IMG/VR virus record: IMGVR_UViG_2711768001_000013
Reading direction: 5' to 3' (one strand)
Source: a virus
Lineage: Duplodnaviria > Heunggongvirae > Uroviricota > Caudoviricetes
DNA: 38,859 bases
In this document: piece by piece, positions 12,201-21,249 of the stretch
Layout of the letters: each line of letters begins with the position of its first letter
Numbering within the stretch: position 1 is the stretch's first letter
Position numbers and translations under genes: made by a program
Notes under the pieces: generated by a model
The model's input: the letters and a program-made list of their open reading frames with translations, nothing else
Databases searched by the model: none
What the model was told of the DNA's origin: nothing

Positions 12201-12281
12201 GTTTTTGATACGGGGAATTTCATTTTTAAACTCTGCCGCATCAATCCCCAAATCAATGACCAGGTTGGCTATCTGGTCCAT
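9216..12281 (-). CDS. H: tail tape measure protein H
   Basis: Over 1000 codons, coiled-coil-rich (QQ/EE/RR heptads), position between G/T and M. Track ORF begins at a non-ATG codon (12311); an in-frame ATG ten codons downstream follows a GGAGG. Confidence 0.9.
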   Translation of the reverse strand: MDQIANLVIDLGIDAAEFKNEIPRIKNLLNGAASDAERSSARMQRFMERQTQAARQTTQAASSAATAASVHAQTVEKNAQAHERMSREVEKTRQRMEALSQKMREEQAQAMALAEAQDKAAAAFYRQIDSVKQASAGLQELQRIQQQIRQARNSGGIGQQDYLALISEVTAKTRVLTQAEEEATRQKVAFIRQLKEQATRQNLSSSELLRAKAAQLGVSSAAEVYIRKMEQAGKATHSLGLKSAAARQEIGVLIGELARGNLGALRGSGITLANRAGWIDTLMSPKGMMLGGVIGGIAAAVYGLGKAWYDGQKEGEEFNRQLSLTGHYAGVTAGQLWTLSRAISGNGITQHAAAGALAQVVGSGAFRGNDIGMVARAAAQMERSVGQSVSDTINQFKRLKDDPVNAAKALDNELHFLTATQLEQIRVLGEQGRSSDAARIAMSALAEETGRRTADIDNNLNALGSTLKYLSDLWSRFWDAAMNIGREDSLDEQISALQEKVSRAKRLPWTASSSQVEYDQQRLNELQEKKRQKDLQDAKEQAERNYQEQQKRRNAENAALNRMNETEAARHQREIARINSMQYADQAVRDAAIQRENERYEKALASGKKKTREPRNDEATRLLLQYSQQQAQVEGQIAAARQSAGIATERMTEAHKQLLALQQRISDLDGKKLTADEKSVLARKDELIQALTLLDVKQQELQKQTALNELKKKTIQLTSQLAEEERAQRQQHDLDIATVGMGDQQRQRYQVQLSLRQKYQQQLEQLRRDSEQKGTYNTDDYRKAEQALTESLNRQLNENRRYWQQLEVVQGNWKNGVLRAFQDFTVDADNTAGTAEQVFSSAFSNMGNGLATFVTTGKLNFKSFTSSVLSDMAKILAQATMMKSIKGIGSVLGFDLSSLSLNANGGIYQSADLSRYSGTVVNRPTFFAFAKGAGVMGEAGPEAILPLRRGADGKLGVVADIGGSGMAMFAPQYNIEINNDGTNGQIGPAALKVVYDLGKKAAADFMQQQARDGGRLSGAYR

Positions 12282-12615
12282 AACGCACACCTCCGGAAAT
12301 ACCTTCCCCAAGATGCATCAGTTCTTCGTCCGTTCGCTCCGGTATCCCGTTCTCTTCCGGTAAAAGGCTGAAATCAGCCACCGCAGCATCACTGCTGCCG
12401 GACACCATTCTCACGATCAATGCCTTCAGCGAGGCAAACTGCGCATCCATCCACACATCACTGAAGCTCTGCATCCGGAAATAATCGCCCCACTGACCAA
12501 GCTCAGTGGCCGACATTTCCGACAGCATCCGCCGCCAGTCTGCCCGCCGGAACTCCCGGGCAAGCCGCATGACAAACTGCATTTCCCGCGTCAGGACTTT
12601 TCCGGCGTCAGCCCC
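12253..12615 (-). CDS. T: T-frame extension of tail assembly chaperone, expressed as a G-T fusion by -1 frameshift
   Basis: ORF in the -1 frame relative to G, overlapping the G 3' end and running into H; frame arithmetic (G first bases = 2 mod 3, T = 0 mod 3 on minus strand) fits a -1 slip. Confidence 0.7.
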   Translation of the reverse strand, partial: GADAGKVLTREMQFVMRLAREFRRADWRRMLSEMSATELGQWGDYFRMQSFSDVWMDAQFASLKALIVRMVSGSSDAAVADFSLLPEENGIPERTDEELMHLGEGISGGVRYGPDSQPGH

Positions 12616-12980
12616 TCATGCTCCAAATCCCCGGCATTATCAATGGCCCCCATACCGCTCAGCGACAGAACCATCTCCGCCCCCGCACCCAGGGCATCAT
12701 ACGACCATGTTGTAATAACGGATGCGTAAAGCGTCTCAACATCCTGAGACTGTTCCGCATTCCACAGTGAGCGGGAAACCAGCCAGGCATTGATATCCAT
12801 CCCCATCCGCAGAAAAGCAATCTGTCGTTCAGCCTCCGGCAGTTCTCCCTCCCCGGCATCAAACTTTGCCGTTCGCTGCTGAACAAACGTCAGATATTCA
12901 ATTCTCTGCAGCCCGGACAGCTCACTGAGCACCACGGACTGTTTTTCATAATTAAACGTGTCCTGTTTCAGAAACATCAT
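12591..12980 (-). CDS. G: tail assembly chaperone G
   Basis: ORF with internal start GGTGGAGaacATGATGTTT (MMFLKQDTFNYEKQSVVLSEL...), ending ...EGLTPEKS; position between V and T/H. Confidence 0.8.
   Translation of the reverse strand: MMFLKQDTFNYEKQSVVLSELSGLQRIEYLTFVQQRTAKFDAGEGELPEAERQIAFLRMGMDINAWLVSRSLWNAEQSQDVETLYASVITTWSYDALGAGAEMVLSLSGMGAIDNAGDLEHEGLTPEKS
12597..12603 (-). other. candidate -1 programmed frameshift site (G GAA AAG) for G-T fusion
   Basis: Only lysine-codon slip candidate in the short G/T overlap (ccg gaa aag tcc tga); differs from the canonical lambda G GGA AAG by one base. Confidence 0.4.
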
Positions 12981-13037
12981 GTTCTCCACCTGTAAAAAAG
13001 CCCCGAATAACCGGGGCAAATGATGAGTATCGTCCTG

Positions 13038-13781
13038 TTAACCTGCTGCGCTGACAGTCACCGTAGCCACTGCCACAAAATTCCCGTCAGCGGTCATGCC
13101 CACAATGCTGACACTGCCCTGCTTCACGCCTTTCACCGTGGCCACAAGCCCGTTCAGGGTCACCGTGGCAGTCTGTGGATCTGTCGAATGCACACTGATC
13201 GCTTTGTCACTGGCTCCGTCAGGTTTTACTGTAAAGGTCAGCGTGGTGGTTGCTCCCACTTTTACACTGGCAGATGCCGGTGCCACCGTCAGCCCGGTAA
13301 CGCTCACTGTTTCAGTGCCTTCCTCTGCCAGATACGGACGCCCCACACCGCTGATTTTCACTGTGCGGGTCATCACGTCTTTTGAGGCAATGGTTTTACC
13401 CAGTGAACTCAGCCAGCCACGGAAAACATCAACAGTACCGTTGGGATATTTGATACGAAACGCGCAGACTTCACCGGAGTCGAACAACTGAACCAGTTTT
13501 TTCTGCCCGCTGTCACCCGGACGCCAGGCCAGCGTCGCCGAAGTATCACCAACGGATTTCTGCCCCTGGGTTGTCGTTTTCCAGTCTGCATCTTCATCAT
13601 CGAGATAAGTGTCATCTTCTGCATCAGCGGTCATTTCGCCAGGTTGCAGATCCTTCACCATCGCAAGACGCAGCCAGTCAGTGTCCGATAAAGGGTTCGC
13701 AAACGCATCGCCCTTGCCGGTATACATCCAGAACGTCGTTCCCGCACCTTTCGTTTTTGCCAGTGGATTTGGTGTGGTCAT
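13038..13781 (-). CDS. V: major tail protein V with C-terminal Ig-like domain
   Basis: Start AGGAGGTGgtaATGACC (MTTPNPLAKTKGAGTTFWMYTGKGD...); C-terminal Big_2-like segment; position matches lambda V. Confidence 0.9.
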   Translation of the reverse strand: MTTPNPLAKTKGAGTTFWMYTGKGDAFANPLSDTDWLRLAMVKDLQPGEMTADAEDDTYLDDEDADWKTTTQGQKSVGDTSATLAWRPGDSGQKKLVQLFDSGEVCAFRIKYPNGTVDVFRGWLSSLGKTIASKDVMTRTVKISGVGRPYLAEEGTETVSVTGLTVAPASASVKVGATTTLTFTVKPDGASDKAISVHSTDPQTATVTLNGLVATVKGVKQGSVSIVGMTADGNFVAVATVTVSAAG

Positions 13782-13791
13782 TACCACCTCC

Positions 13792-14193
13792 TTAATTCGT
13801 GTACGTGATCTGGTACGTGATTTCCGCCATCGCCCAGGTGGCCATCTCATTATCACGTTGATAGTTAAAACCGAGTGGGATCAGGGTGTCGATGAGTCCG
13901 GAAAGTGCTGGTACATCATTCAAGGCCGGGAAAATGGTGCTCTCCATCCACATATCCAGCTCTGAATCCGGTGCCTGTGCCCGGATGAAGACAGCAATAT
14001 GCAGAACAGCCTGCCAGTCATCTTCATCCGTCATTTTTCCGGTGTACTGAGCATCACTCAGCCACACCGCCACGGCAGGCAGTTCCTGCGCATCAACAAA
14101 TGCCGGAAGCCCGTCAAAAAACGTGGCGCTGTCTCCACACTGTTCCCGAAGGCGTGCCAGTACGACCTGGCGGATTTGTGTATGTCGGTTCAT
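13792..14193 (-). CDS. U: tail terminator protein U
   Basis: ORF ...MNRHTQIRQVVLARLREQ...ATFFDG...AVAVWL...; ATGA overlap with Z stop favours the internal start. Confidence 0.85.
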   Translation of the reverse strand: MNRHTQIRQVVLARLREQCGDSATFFDGLPAFVDAQELPAVAVWLSDAQYTGKMTDEDDWQAVLHIAVFIRAQAPDSELDMWMESTIFPALNDVPALSGLIDTLIPLGFNYQRDNEMATWAMAEITYQITYTN

Positions 14194-14768
14194 CGGGTCA
14201 GCCATAACCTCAGTTGTTGTTTCAGTGCATACCCCAGCTGTTTCGGCATTTCCGCAGCAATGATGCGGTCGCGGGCATCTTCAAATGCCTGTGTCAGCGG
14301 TCCGGACAGCGGGATTTTCACCACATCAATGGGGTAACGATTTTTGCCATCAATACGCCGCATCACATGCCAGCGACCATTCGCCAGTTGCTGAATAAAC
14401 GCATCCCGGAAAAGATATTTACCCACCTTCAGCACACTGCCACGGTACTGCAGTTTTCCACCACGCCGGGCCAGTCTGACCCGGGCTGTCCCCAGCTTAA
14501 TGGCGGGCAGATTGCCCCGGTTAACGCGGATCCTGGCCGTCATTTTTCCTGACGGACTGGCTTTAAACACCCGGACACGCTGACGTACCAGTTTCAGGGG
14601 GATCCCTTTCACCTGGTTATCTCCCGCAACGGTATTCCCGGCAACCTGCCGGGTGGCAACCGAGACCGCTTTCTGTGCCACACGGTTTATCGCCCATGCG
14701 CTGGCCTGTGGCACCATACGGGTATCAAGGCTGTTCAGATTGCGGATGGCATTCTCAAGCCCCTTCAT
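14190..14768 (-). CDS. Z: tail completion protein Z
   Basis: 192-aa ORF MKGLENAIRNLNSLDTRMVPQASAWAINRVAQKA..., same length and position as lambda Z. Confidence 0.85.
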   Translation of the reverse strand: MKGLENAIRNLNSLDTRMVPQASAWAINRVAQKAVSVATRQVAGNTVAGDNQVKGIPLKLVRQRVRVFKASPSGKMTARIRVNRGNLPAIKLGTARVRLARRGGKLQYRGSVLKVGKYLFRDAFIQQLANGRWHVMRRIDGKNRYPIDVVKIPLSGPLTQAFEDARDRIIAAEMPKQLGYALKQQLRLWLTR

Positions 14769-14779
14769 CCCACACCTCT

Positions 14780-15055
14780 TTACTCAATAAAGATCATTGG
14801 CTTACCGTTAAAGCGTTCATGCCGTGTGACCGTCCATTGTTGTCCGTCATAAACAACGCGATCCCCGCGCCGTGGGCGGTATCCCGAAGAAAACACCACC
14901 AGAGAGACCGCAGGTCCGGACAGAGCATTCAGCTCTGCCAGTGTTTCTCCCGGGATCACAGTCATATCGACATCATTAATCGAGGCTGTCTTTCCCATCT
15001 TTCTGACCGTGATCGCATCCATACGCGCTGCCAGCCGGGAAAAGGGATCAGACAT
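14780..15055 (-). CDS. head-tail joining protein (FII-like)
   Basis: 91-aa ORF between capsid genes and Z; assignment is mainly positional. Confidence 0.6.
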   Translation of the reverse strand: MSDPFSRLAARMDAITVRKMGKTASINDVDMTVIPGETLAELNALSGPAVSLVVFSSGYRPRRGDRVVYDGQQWTVTRHERFNGKPMIFIE

Positions 15056-15371
15056 TGAGTTTTACCGGCACTTCTTCTGCACTGGTTCCGGCATCTGCCC
15101 AGACAACCCCGACCAGCGGATCAGAGCCGCTGTTAGTCAGCTGAACTTTTCCGGACTTCAGATAAACCTTCTTACCCGTTTTCATGTCATCCGTTTTCAG
15201 CTTAGGCAGCATAAACACACCTTCGGTCAGGCCGTCGCCTGTTTCACCCTGTGGAATATCGGTCAGTGCCACCGCAAAAACATCACCCACCTGCACCAGA
15301 TCTCCGCTGCTGATGGCTGCACTGGCAACAATCGCCACCGTTTTTCCTTCTTCTACAAAATTCTTTGCCAT
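15048..15371 (-). CDS. DUF2190-like small head-associated protein
   Basis: Start GGAGacagttATGGCAAAG (MAKNFVEEGKTVAIVASAAISSGDLVQVGDVFAVAL...); family recalled from memory. Confidence 0.55.
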   Translation of the reverse strand: MAKNFVEEGKTVAIVASAAISSGDLVQVGDVFAVALTDIPQGETGDGLTEGVFMLPKLKTDDMKTGKKVYLKSGKVQLTNSGSDPLVGVVWADAGTSAEEVPVKLNV

Positions 15372-15414
15372 AACTGTCTCCGCACAGCCCCGTTCAGGGG
15401 CTGATTTCAGGTAC

Positions 15415-15435
15415 AAAAAAAGCCCTTACGGGCCA
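15415..15435 (-). terminator. hairpin plus T-tract downstream of capsid gene
   Basis: Minus-strand ggccc gtaa gggct followed by ttttttt. Confidence 0.45.
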
Positions 15436-15457
15436 TCAGAGTTGTTGTCTGCGACGT

Positions 15458-17416
15458 TTACGCCGTACATTTCACCAGACCGCGGTGATCAACTGGCGCG
15501 ACACCGGCGTCAATACGCACTTTCGTTGTCACGCCATCCACACTGAAGCCCTCCATCTGATCAATATATGGCGTATCCACACCGTTGAGATAAGCCACTT
15601 CAATCGTATCGGAGCCTTTTGACGCAGCCAGGTAGAAGGTGGTCTGGCTGTTATCATCAAGACGAGGCTCTGCAATAACGGTCGCAAAATCTTTCACCGG
15701 GTTAATAATACCGGCGTTAATGTCGGCCCCCTTGACACTTGAGGAGCGAATGACCTGGTTAGCAACAGACTCCATCGCCGTCGGTACCAGTACGAACGCA
15801 GGACGAATATTCAGATGACGCTCCCCCTCTTTCTGAACGCGCATCAACTGGCGGGCTTTATCCAGCGATGCCACGTCCATTGCAGCGCTATCCAGTACGT
15901 TTGCATGTTTCGCTTTATCGAACAGACTTACATTATCTGTGGAGATTTTCGGGTTAGACGTCAGAATGGCATAAACCAGATCGGCAATAGTGGATTTCGC
16001 CGCACGGCCCAGTTTCATCGGGACATCGGTCAGCATATTCAGATCATCATTGATAATGGCCTGACGGGTGATACTGAACAGCTCGCCATAGGTCGCCAGT
16101 GCAATAGTGGCCTGTTTATCTCCGGTGGTGACGTATTTATATTCCGCCCCTTCACGCACCTGACGCAGAGCACTGAAGCCCCCCATACCCACACGATGGG
16201 CAATTTTAAAATCAGACAACTGACCTTTCCGCGTCCACTGTTCATAGGTTTCAGGGGCATCTTCCCAGCCCTGCAGAATGGCTTTGTTCGCAACATCCAG
16301 CAGAATATTACCGAAGTCAGACGTACTGTGTGTGAACGCCGCACCGACCATCTGCATCGGGTTATAACTGGAAACCCCAATACCCCGTTCAGTCAGTGAC
16401 ATACGGGCATATTCACGCAGGGTCATCCCGTTGTAGACATTATCACGTTCGGTTTTTTCAAATCCGGCACGCGCCATCAGCGCCTGGCGGATCCCGTCCC
16501 CCACAAAATTACCGTTTCCGGCATAAATATGAGCCGGGGTATTTTTATTGGATGGCGTGGACTCGCGCCCCATCTCGTTCAACAGCTTTTCGCGGGCCTG
16601 CTCCAGCGAACATTCAGGATCGGCAAGACACTGAGCCTGCAGCGTCTGATAACGCCCGCCAAACATGGCAAACAGATCATTAATACCGTTTACACGCGCT
16701 TTTTGCTCTGCCAGTACCTGCGCACGGATACTGTTTTCATCCACCACGGGTGCTGCTGCCTGCACTGGCGTCCGGGAGGCTGCAGGTTCATCATCCTGTA
16801 CGCGTGGAGCACTGTTGCGTGGCGGAGTAATCATGTTTCGAATGGATTCCGGCATCTTTTTAAATTCCTCTGTACGTTTTGACTGAATACATGCCATTGC
16901 CTTAACGGCTGGCGTCACCTGATCAGCAAATCCCTGTGCCAGACATTCGGCACCGGACATCCAGGTCTCATCCGCCAGCATGGCAGCAATTTCATCGGTG
17001 GTTTTCCCGGTTTTCTGTGCATAAGCGGGTAACAGAACCGCCTCAACCTTATCGAGCAGGTCGGCATAGGTGCGCATGTCCTCCGCATCACCGCCCGTAA
17101 AGCCAAATGGTTTATGAATCATCATGAAGGTGTTTTCCGGCATAATGACCGGGTTTCCCACCATCGCAATGACCGACGCCATTGACGCCGCCACACCGTC
17201 GACATAAACGGTAATGGACGCACCATGTGTTTTCAGCGCATTAAAAATGGCGATGCCTTCAAAGACATCGCCACCCGGTGAATTAATATGGAGATTAATG
17301 TGGGTGATATCGCCCAGTGCATTCAGATCACTGATAAACTGCTTCGCTGTAACACCCCAGAAACCAATCTCGTCATAAATATAAATATCCGCGTCACTCT
17401 GGTGACCAGCCTGCAT
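15458..17416 (-). CDS. prohead protease (ClpP/S14-like) - scaffold - HK97-fold major capsid fusion
   Basis: N-terminal protease-like region (INSPGGDVFEG..AASMASVIA), middle linker, C-terminal capsid-like region; the track ORF extension to 17677 overlaps the portal and looks non-coding. Confidence 0.8.
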   Translation of the reverse strand: MQAGHQSDADIYIYDEIGFWGVTAKQFISDLNALGDITHINLHINSPGGDVFEGIAIFNALKTHGASITVYVDGVAASMASVIAMVGNPVIMPENTFMMIHKPFGFTGGDAEDMRTYADLLDKVEAVLLPAYAQKTGKTTDEIAAMLADETWMSGAECLAQGFADQVTPAVKAMACIQSKRTEEFKKMPESIRNMITPPRNSAPRVQDDEPAASRTPVQAAAPVVDENSIRAQVLAEQKARVNGINDLFAMFGGRYQTLQAQCLADPECSLEQAREKLLNEMGRESTPSNKNTPAHIYAGNGNFVGDGIRQALMARAGFEKTERDNVYNGMTLREYARMSLTERGIGVSSYNPMQMVGAAFTHSTSDFGNILLDVANKAILQGWEDAPETYEQWTRKGQLSDFKIAHRVGMGGFSALRQVREGAEYKYVTTGDKQATIALATYGELFSITRQAIINDDLNMLTDVPMKLGRAAKSTIADLVYAILTSNPKISTDNVSLFDKAKHANVLDSAAMDVASLDKARQLMRVQKEGERHLNIRPAFVLVPTAMESVANQVIRSSSVKGADINAGIINPVKDFATVIAEPRLDDNSQTTFYLAASKGSDTIEVAYLNGVDTPYIDQMEGFSVDGVTTKVRIDAGVAPVDHRGLVKCTA

Positions 17417-17429
17417 CCTGAACCAGGAA

Positions 17430-18938
17430 TTATTCTTCGGACTGGTCGTCGGTGTGCTGCGGCTCCTGTCGTTTCGTTGCGGCACTGCTGCCTCCTTTAT
17501 CACTGGCCGGATCGGTATCAAATACCAGATCCAGCTTGCGGTTTTCATCAATTTCGGCCTTGCGCCGACGTTTGACATCATCCGGATTACGACCACCTGC
17601 ACGTACCCAGTCTGATTCTGTCGCCGCTCCACCACGAATCTGGATTTTCCAGGCCTCAGCCTCCTTAACAGGGTCAATCCACGGCATCACCGGTCCGGAA
17701 TACACCGCGGTATACAGTGAAGAACGGTCAAGATCGCGGGGTAGCCTGATAACACCGGATGCCACAGCCTGTTTCAGCCATGCACGATACATCGGGCGGG
17801 TGACGGCACCAATAAACCAGTCCTGCAGGATCAGGTAGCCATCAGTAGATTCAACCAGCTCCTGACGCTGGGCGCTGTAAGTGCCGTTATAGTTGCGCGC
17901 TGTACTGGAAAAACTCAGACGACTGCCCGCCGCCACGGCACGCAACTGACCATTACGAAAAGTTTCAAGGTTAGGATTGGGGCGATCCGACTTCACCATT
18001 CCGATTTCTTCGCCGGGTTTCAGATCGTCGTAAATAATGCCTGGCTGAATGGTAAGCTCGCGTTCCTTATCCTTGCTGCCATTACCATCCGGTTCATAGC
18101 TCTGCCCGTCGCCTTTGCGGATGTACATCCCCAGAGCAGCGGCGATCCTTGCTGCAGTCAGCTCATAATCTTCATAATCTTTCAGGGCACTGAGGCGGAT
18201 CAGCACACCGGACAACAAAGACGTCCCGCGCATCTGGTGCAGACGGCGAACAAATTTAAGATGCAGCATTCGCTCTGCATCCACTTCTTTGGTTTCCATC
18301 TGCCGTCCGGATACGGGACGGCTTTTATACACCAGATATTTTTCGGGACGCCCCCAGTCATCAACAAACACGCCCTGATTCAGCCTGTTGCTCTCATCAC
18401 TGGTCATGGGAATAAAGTCCGGCTCGAGCGCCTCCAGCCAGAAATGAACACCGGCAGAAGGCGTCAGGCTGTTTATGCGCCCGGAAACCATCTGGGCAAA
18501 CACCTCACCATCGCGCAGCCAGGTACGCAGCATCAGACGTTCCAGCATCGGACGGGTAAACTGCCCGGTGACTTCCGGGCTGACAGACCATTCACTCCAT
18601 CGGGTGCGAATCTCCGCAGCCAGGTCACGGGCAATGGCCCCATTGCGTAATACCGGATGTGGCTCGACAATAATCCCGTTTTTCCCCACCACCCGTTCTT
18701 CCAGCTTGTCAAATACACCAATAACCAGATCGTGGTTGTTATCAAGGTAACGGGCCTGCTCACGTAACGACACGGCCCCGTACTGGCTTAACTGGTCGGC
18801 AGTTCGGTTTTCCCGCCGGCCTTTGTGTGTCCGCGTCGTTTTTACGGCCTCATAAGCCTGGATCACCGCACGGGAACGCAGCCTTGCCGCTTTCCATCCT
18901 GGTGAAAAAACGCCAATCACATCATCAAGAATTGCCAT
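17430..18938 (-). CDS. portal protein (lambda B-like)
   Basis: ~500 aa between W-like gene and capsid; internal start MAILDDVIGVFSPGWKAARL makes an ATGA overlap with the upstream stop. Confidence 0.85.
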   Translation of the reverse strand: MAILDDVIGVFSPGWKAARLRSRAVIQAYEAVKTTRTHKGRRENRTADQLSQYGAVSLREQARYLDNNHDLVIGVFDKLEERVVGKNGIIVEPHPVLRNGAIARDLAAEIRTRWSEWSVSPEVTGQFTRPMLERLMLRTWLRDGEVFAQMVSGRINSLTPSAGVHFWLEALEPDFIPMTSDESNRLNQGVFVDDWGRPEKYLVYKSRPVSGRQMETKEVDAERMLHLKFVRRLHQMRGTSLLSGVLIRLSALKDYEDYELTAARIAAALGMYIRKGDGQSYEPDGNGSKDKERELTIQPGIIYDDLKPGEEIGMVKSDRPNPNLETFRNGQLRAVAAGSRLSFSSTARNYNGTYSAQRQELVESTDGYLILQDWFIGAVTRPMYRAWLKQAVASGVIRLPRDLDRSSLYTAVYSGPVMPWIDPVKEAEAWKIQIRGGAATESDWVRAGGRNPDDVKRRRKAEIDENRKLDLVFDTDPASDKGGSSAATKRQEPQHTDDQSEE

Positions 18939-19156
18939 CAGAACCTCGCCAGCCGGTACCCGGGATGCCCCCGTCGTCGTGTAATCAGAGCCGCAAGGCG
19001 GCGCTCCCACTCCTGCCGTCCCTGCCGGATCTCAGATAAGTTTTCCATGGTCATCTGCTGACCATTAAAGGTGACGGATTTTCCGTCCAGCACCGCCATT
19101 TCAGCTTCCGTATAACGCTGAATCATGGCTTCAATATCATTCTGGTTCATAACCAT
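18938..19156 (-). CDS. head-tail joining protein W-like
   Basis: 72-aa ORF MVMNQNDIEAMIQRYTEAEMAVLDGKSVTFNGQQ... between terminase and portal. Confidence 0.75.
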   Translation of the reverse strand: MVMNQNDIEAMIQRYTEAEMAVLDGKSVTFNGQQMTMENLSEIRQGRQEWERRLAALITRRRGHPGYRLARF

Positions 19157-21249
19157 CCTCCGGAAGTCAGCCAGGGGTTAACATCGTCAGTTACTGTTTT
19201 CTTCCGTTTTTGTTTTTTAACAGGCGTGGATACCGGTTCCGGTGAGGGTGACGGTTCGGTACTGTCCGGGACACACTCCAGCCAGGTTTCCCGGCTCGCC
19301 CACTCCGGTGCATCCGGCCAGCGGATCTTTTCGTATCCATGCAGAATGACCAGAGCCTCGGCATACACCATCAGGTCAAAAGCTTCGTTGGCACCGCGAC
19401 CCGGCTTACTCCATTTCCCGTCACTGCTCCGCTCTTCATACGTCAGTTCGTCGTAAAACCAGCTCCCCAGCCAGTCAGGGAAATGCACATAGCCGGGACC
19501 TGGCGAGTCACGCCATAACGCGTTATTCACCCGGTCTTTCAGTGCATCCGTCTGAAGAAGCCAGAGCGGCACATCACCTGCGGCCTGCGCCCGTCGGCCC
19601 GTTCGTCCGGTGTTATCAGGGAATGTACGGGTGATCAGTTTTGCGCGCCGGATGCTGTCGCCCTTAAACAGGTAAATACGTTTACCAAGGCCATCACGAC
19701 GGCAACGACGCCAGAATTTATAGGCATTATCAGTGACCCCGTCTTCACCGCCGGAGTCCACCGCCATTGCCATCAGTCGCATTTGTTGAGAAGGATCGGA
19801 GGCCAGCGGCCAGCTTTTATGAAAAACATCCGTCAGCAGGACATCCCAGTCTTCCGGATAGCTGGCCGGATCAATTCGCTGGCTCTCCCCGTCGCTGTCA
19901 CCGCGCAATGACTGCGTGATGTTGTAACGATCAATAATCCAGCGTTCGCCACGGCTGCCATAGCCCGTTACCTGAACCACAAAACGGCGATGACGTCCCG
20001 CCTGCACATCCACTGTCGCCACAAGGAAATTAACGCCATCCGGCACACTGCGGGAAGGAACTGGCTCTGCCCGCTGCTCAAGCAGTTCACTTTTTCGTTG
20101 CTCCATGCTGGCGCGGGGAAGATAAGGTAATCCCCAGTCGGTATTGATAACCGTCTTGAGTGTTTCTTCACTTCCGGTTGTCTCGTATTCCTGTTCTGCA
20201 GTAAGCAGTTTGTAAACGAGTTGCGAGAGTGTCTGGTAAGCAGCTGCCGGACCCTCCATCCAGAATGACGCAATACGTGAGCGTCGGGGATCACCATAAC
20301 GACTGCCATCCGCATTGATGGATTCACCATCCCGCAACCAGACCCCACGTCCGTTCAGCTCACGTTTGTGTTCAGGCATAATCCGTCCTGAACAGGAAGG
20401 ACACTGAATATAAGCCGCCTCACTTGCCAGCACGGGATCGGCAATATCACGGAAACCAGCAACCACATCGCCGCAGGGCTGAAAATACTCACCACAGTGT
20501 GGACAGGGCCAGTACCAGCGACGGCGATCGCCACGGTTATAGAGCGACAGTATCCCCGTGGTTGGTGGAGCCTCATGCGGTGAAGTCCGTCGCCATTTCA
20601 CATCCTTCACATCCCTGCCGGGGGAACTCTCCACAAGCGTCATACCACTGGACATAAATGTTGTGGTACGTTTTGAGGCAAGAGAGAAAGCATCCCCCTC
20701 GCCATCAATATCTTCCGGAAAACGGTCATAATCCGTCAGCGCGACGCATTTATAATCTGATGAGGACATGATATTGACTGACGGCCAGCCGATTTTCAGG
20801 TAGTTACCAGCAAGGAATGTTCTGTCATAAACGTTGTTGTCATTTTTGTTCGGACTCAGGCGACTGACCACTTCCGGGCTGACGCGAAACGTTCTGGCGA
20901 GTCGTTTTTTGGAGTGTTCGCGGGCTTTTTCCTCCGTCATCTGAATGATCAGCATATCAGCAGGATCGCAAATCACGTTGTAAATCACCCAGCCGTCAAT
21001 CAGGCCGATAGTCTTGCCGGTTCGTGCCGGGCCAACAAATATCACTGCGTCGTATTCACGCGAGGCCAGGCAGTTCATCGGCTCAATAACATACGGTGCC
21101 ACCAGCGGATCCCACGGGACTGAGTTCCCTGCCCCCATGGGCACCCGCATATACTGAGCAACGGCATCAGCAACCCGCATTCGTCTCGGTGCGCGAAGGA
21201 TATAACCTGAATCGGTTCGTGCTGCCTTTGCGGTTTCCTGATTCAGCAT
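19147..21249 (-). CDS. A: terminase large subunit (gpA family)
   Basis: 700-aa ORF with Walker A GPARTGKT, directly downstream of the small subunit. Confidence 0.9.
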   Translation of the reverse strand: MLNQETAKAARTDSGYILRAPRRMRVADAVAQYMRVPMGAGNSVPWDPLVAPYVIEPMNCLASREYDAVIFVGPARTGKTIGLIDGWVIYNVICDPADMLIIQMTEEKAREHSKKRLARTFRVSPEVVSRLSPNKNDNNVYDRTFLAGNYLKIGWPSVNIMSSSDYKCVALTDYDRFPEDIDGEGDAFSLASKRTTTFMSSGMTLVESSPGRDVKDVKWRRTSPHEAPPTTGILSLYNRGDRRRWYWPCPHCGEYFQPCGDVVAGFRDIADPVLASEAAYIQCPSCSGRIMPEHKRELNGRGVWLRDGESINADGSRYGDPRRSRIASFWMEGPAAAYQTLSQLVYKLLTAEQEYETTGSEETLKTVINTDWGLPYLPRASMEQRKSELLEQRAEPVPSRSVPDGVNFLVATVDVQAGRHRRFVVQVTGYGSRGERWIIDRYNITQSLRGDSDGESQRIDPASYPEDWDVLLTDVFHKSWPLASDPSQQMRLMAMAVDSGGEDGVTDNAYKFWRRCRRDGLGKRIYLFKGDSIRRAKLITRTFPDNTGRTGRRAQAAGDVPLWLLQTDALKDRVNNALWRDSPGPGYVHFPDWLGSWFYDELTYEERSSDGKWSKPGRGANEAFDLMVYAEALVILHGYEKIRWPDAPEWASRETWLECVPDSTEPSPSPEPVSTPVKKQKRKKTVTDDVNPWLTSGGWL

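Noticed and set aside
9337-12371. Numerous 60-160-aa ORFs on both strands within the tape-measure gene
   Set aside because: All nested in or antisense to H; no RBS or recognisable domains.
17417-17677. N-terminal 87-codon extension of the capsid ORF overlapping the portal
   Set aside because: Extension is in an alternative frame of the portal 3' end with odd composition; the internal start directly after the portal stop is more plausible.
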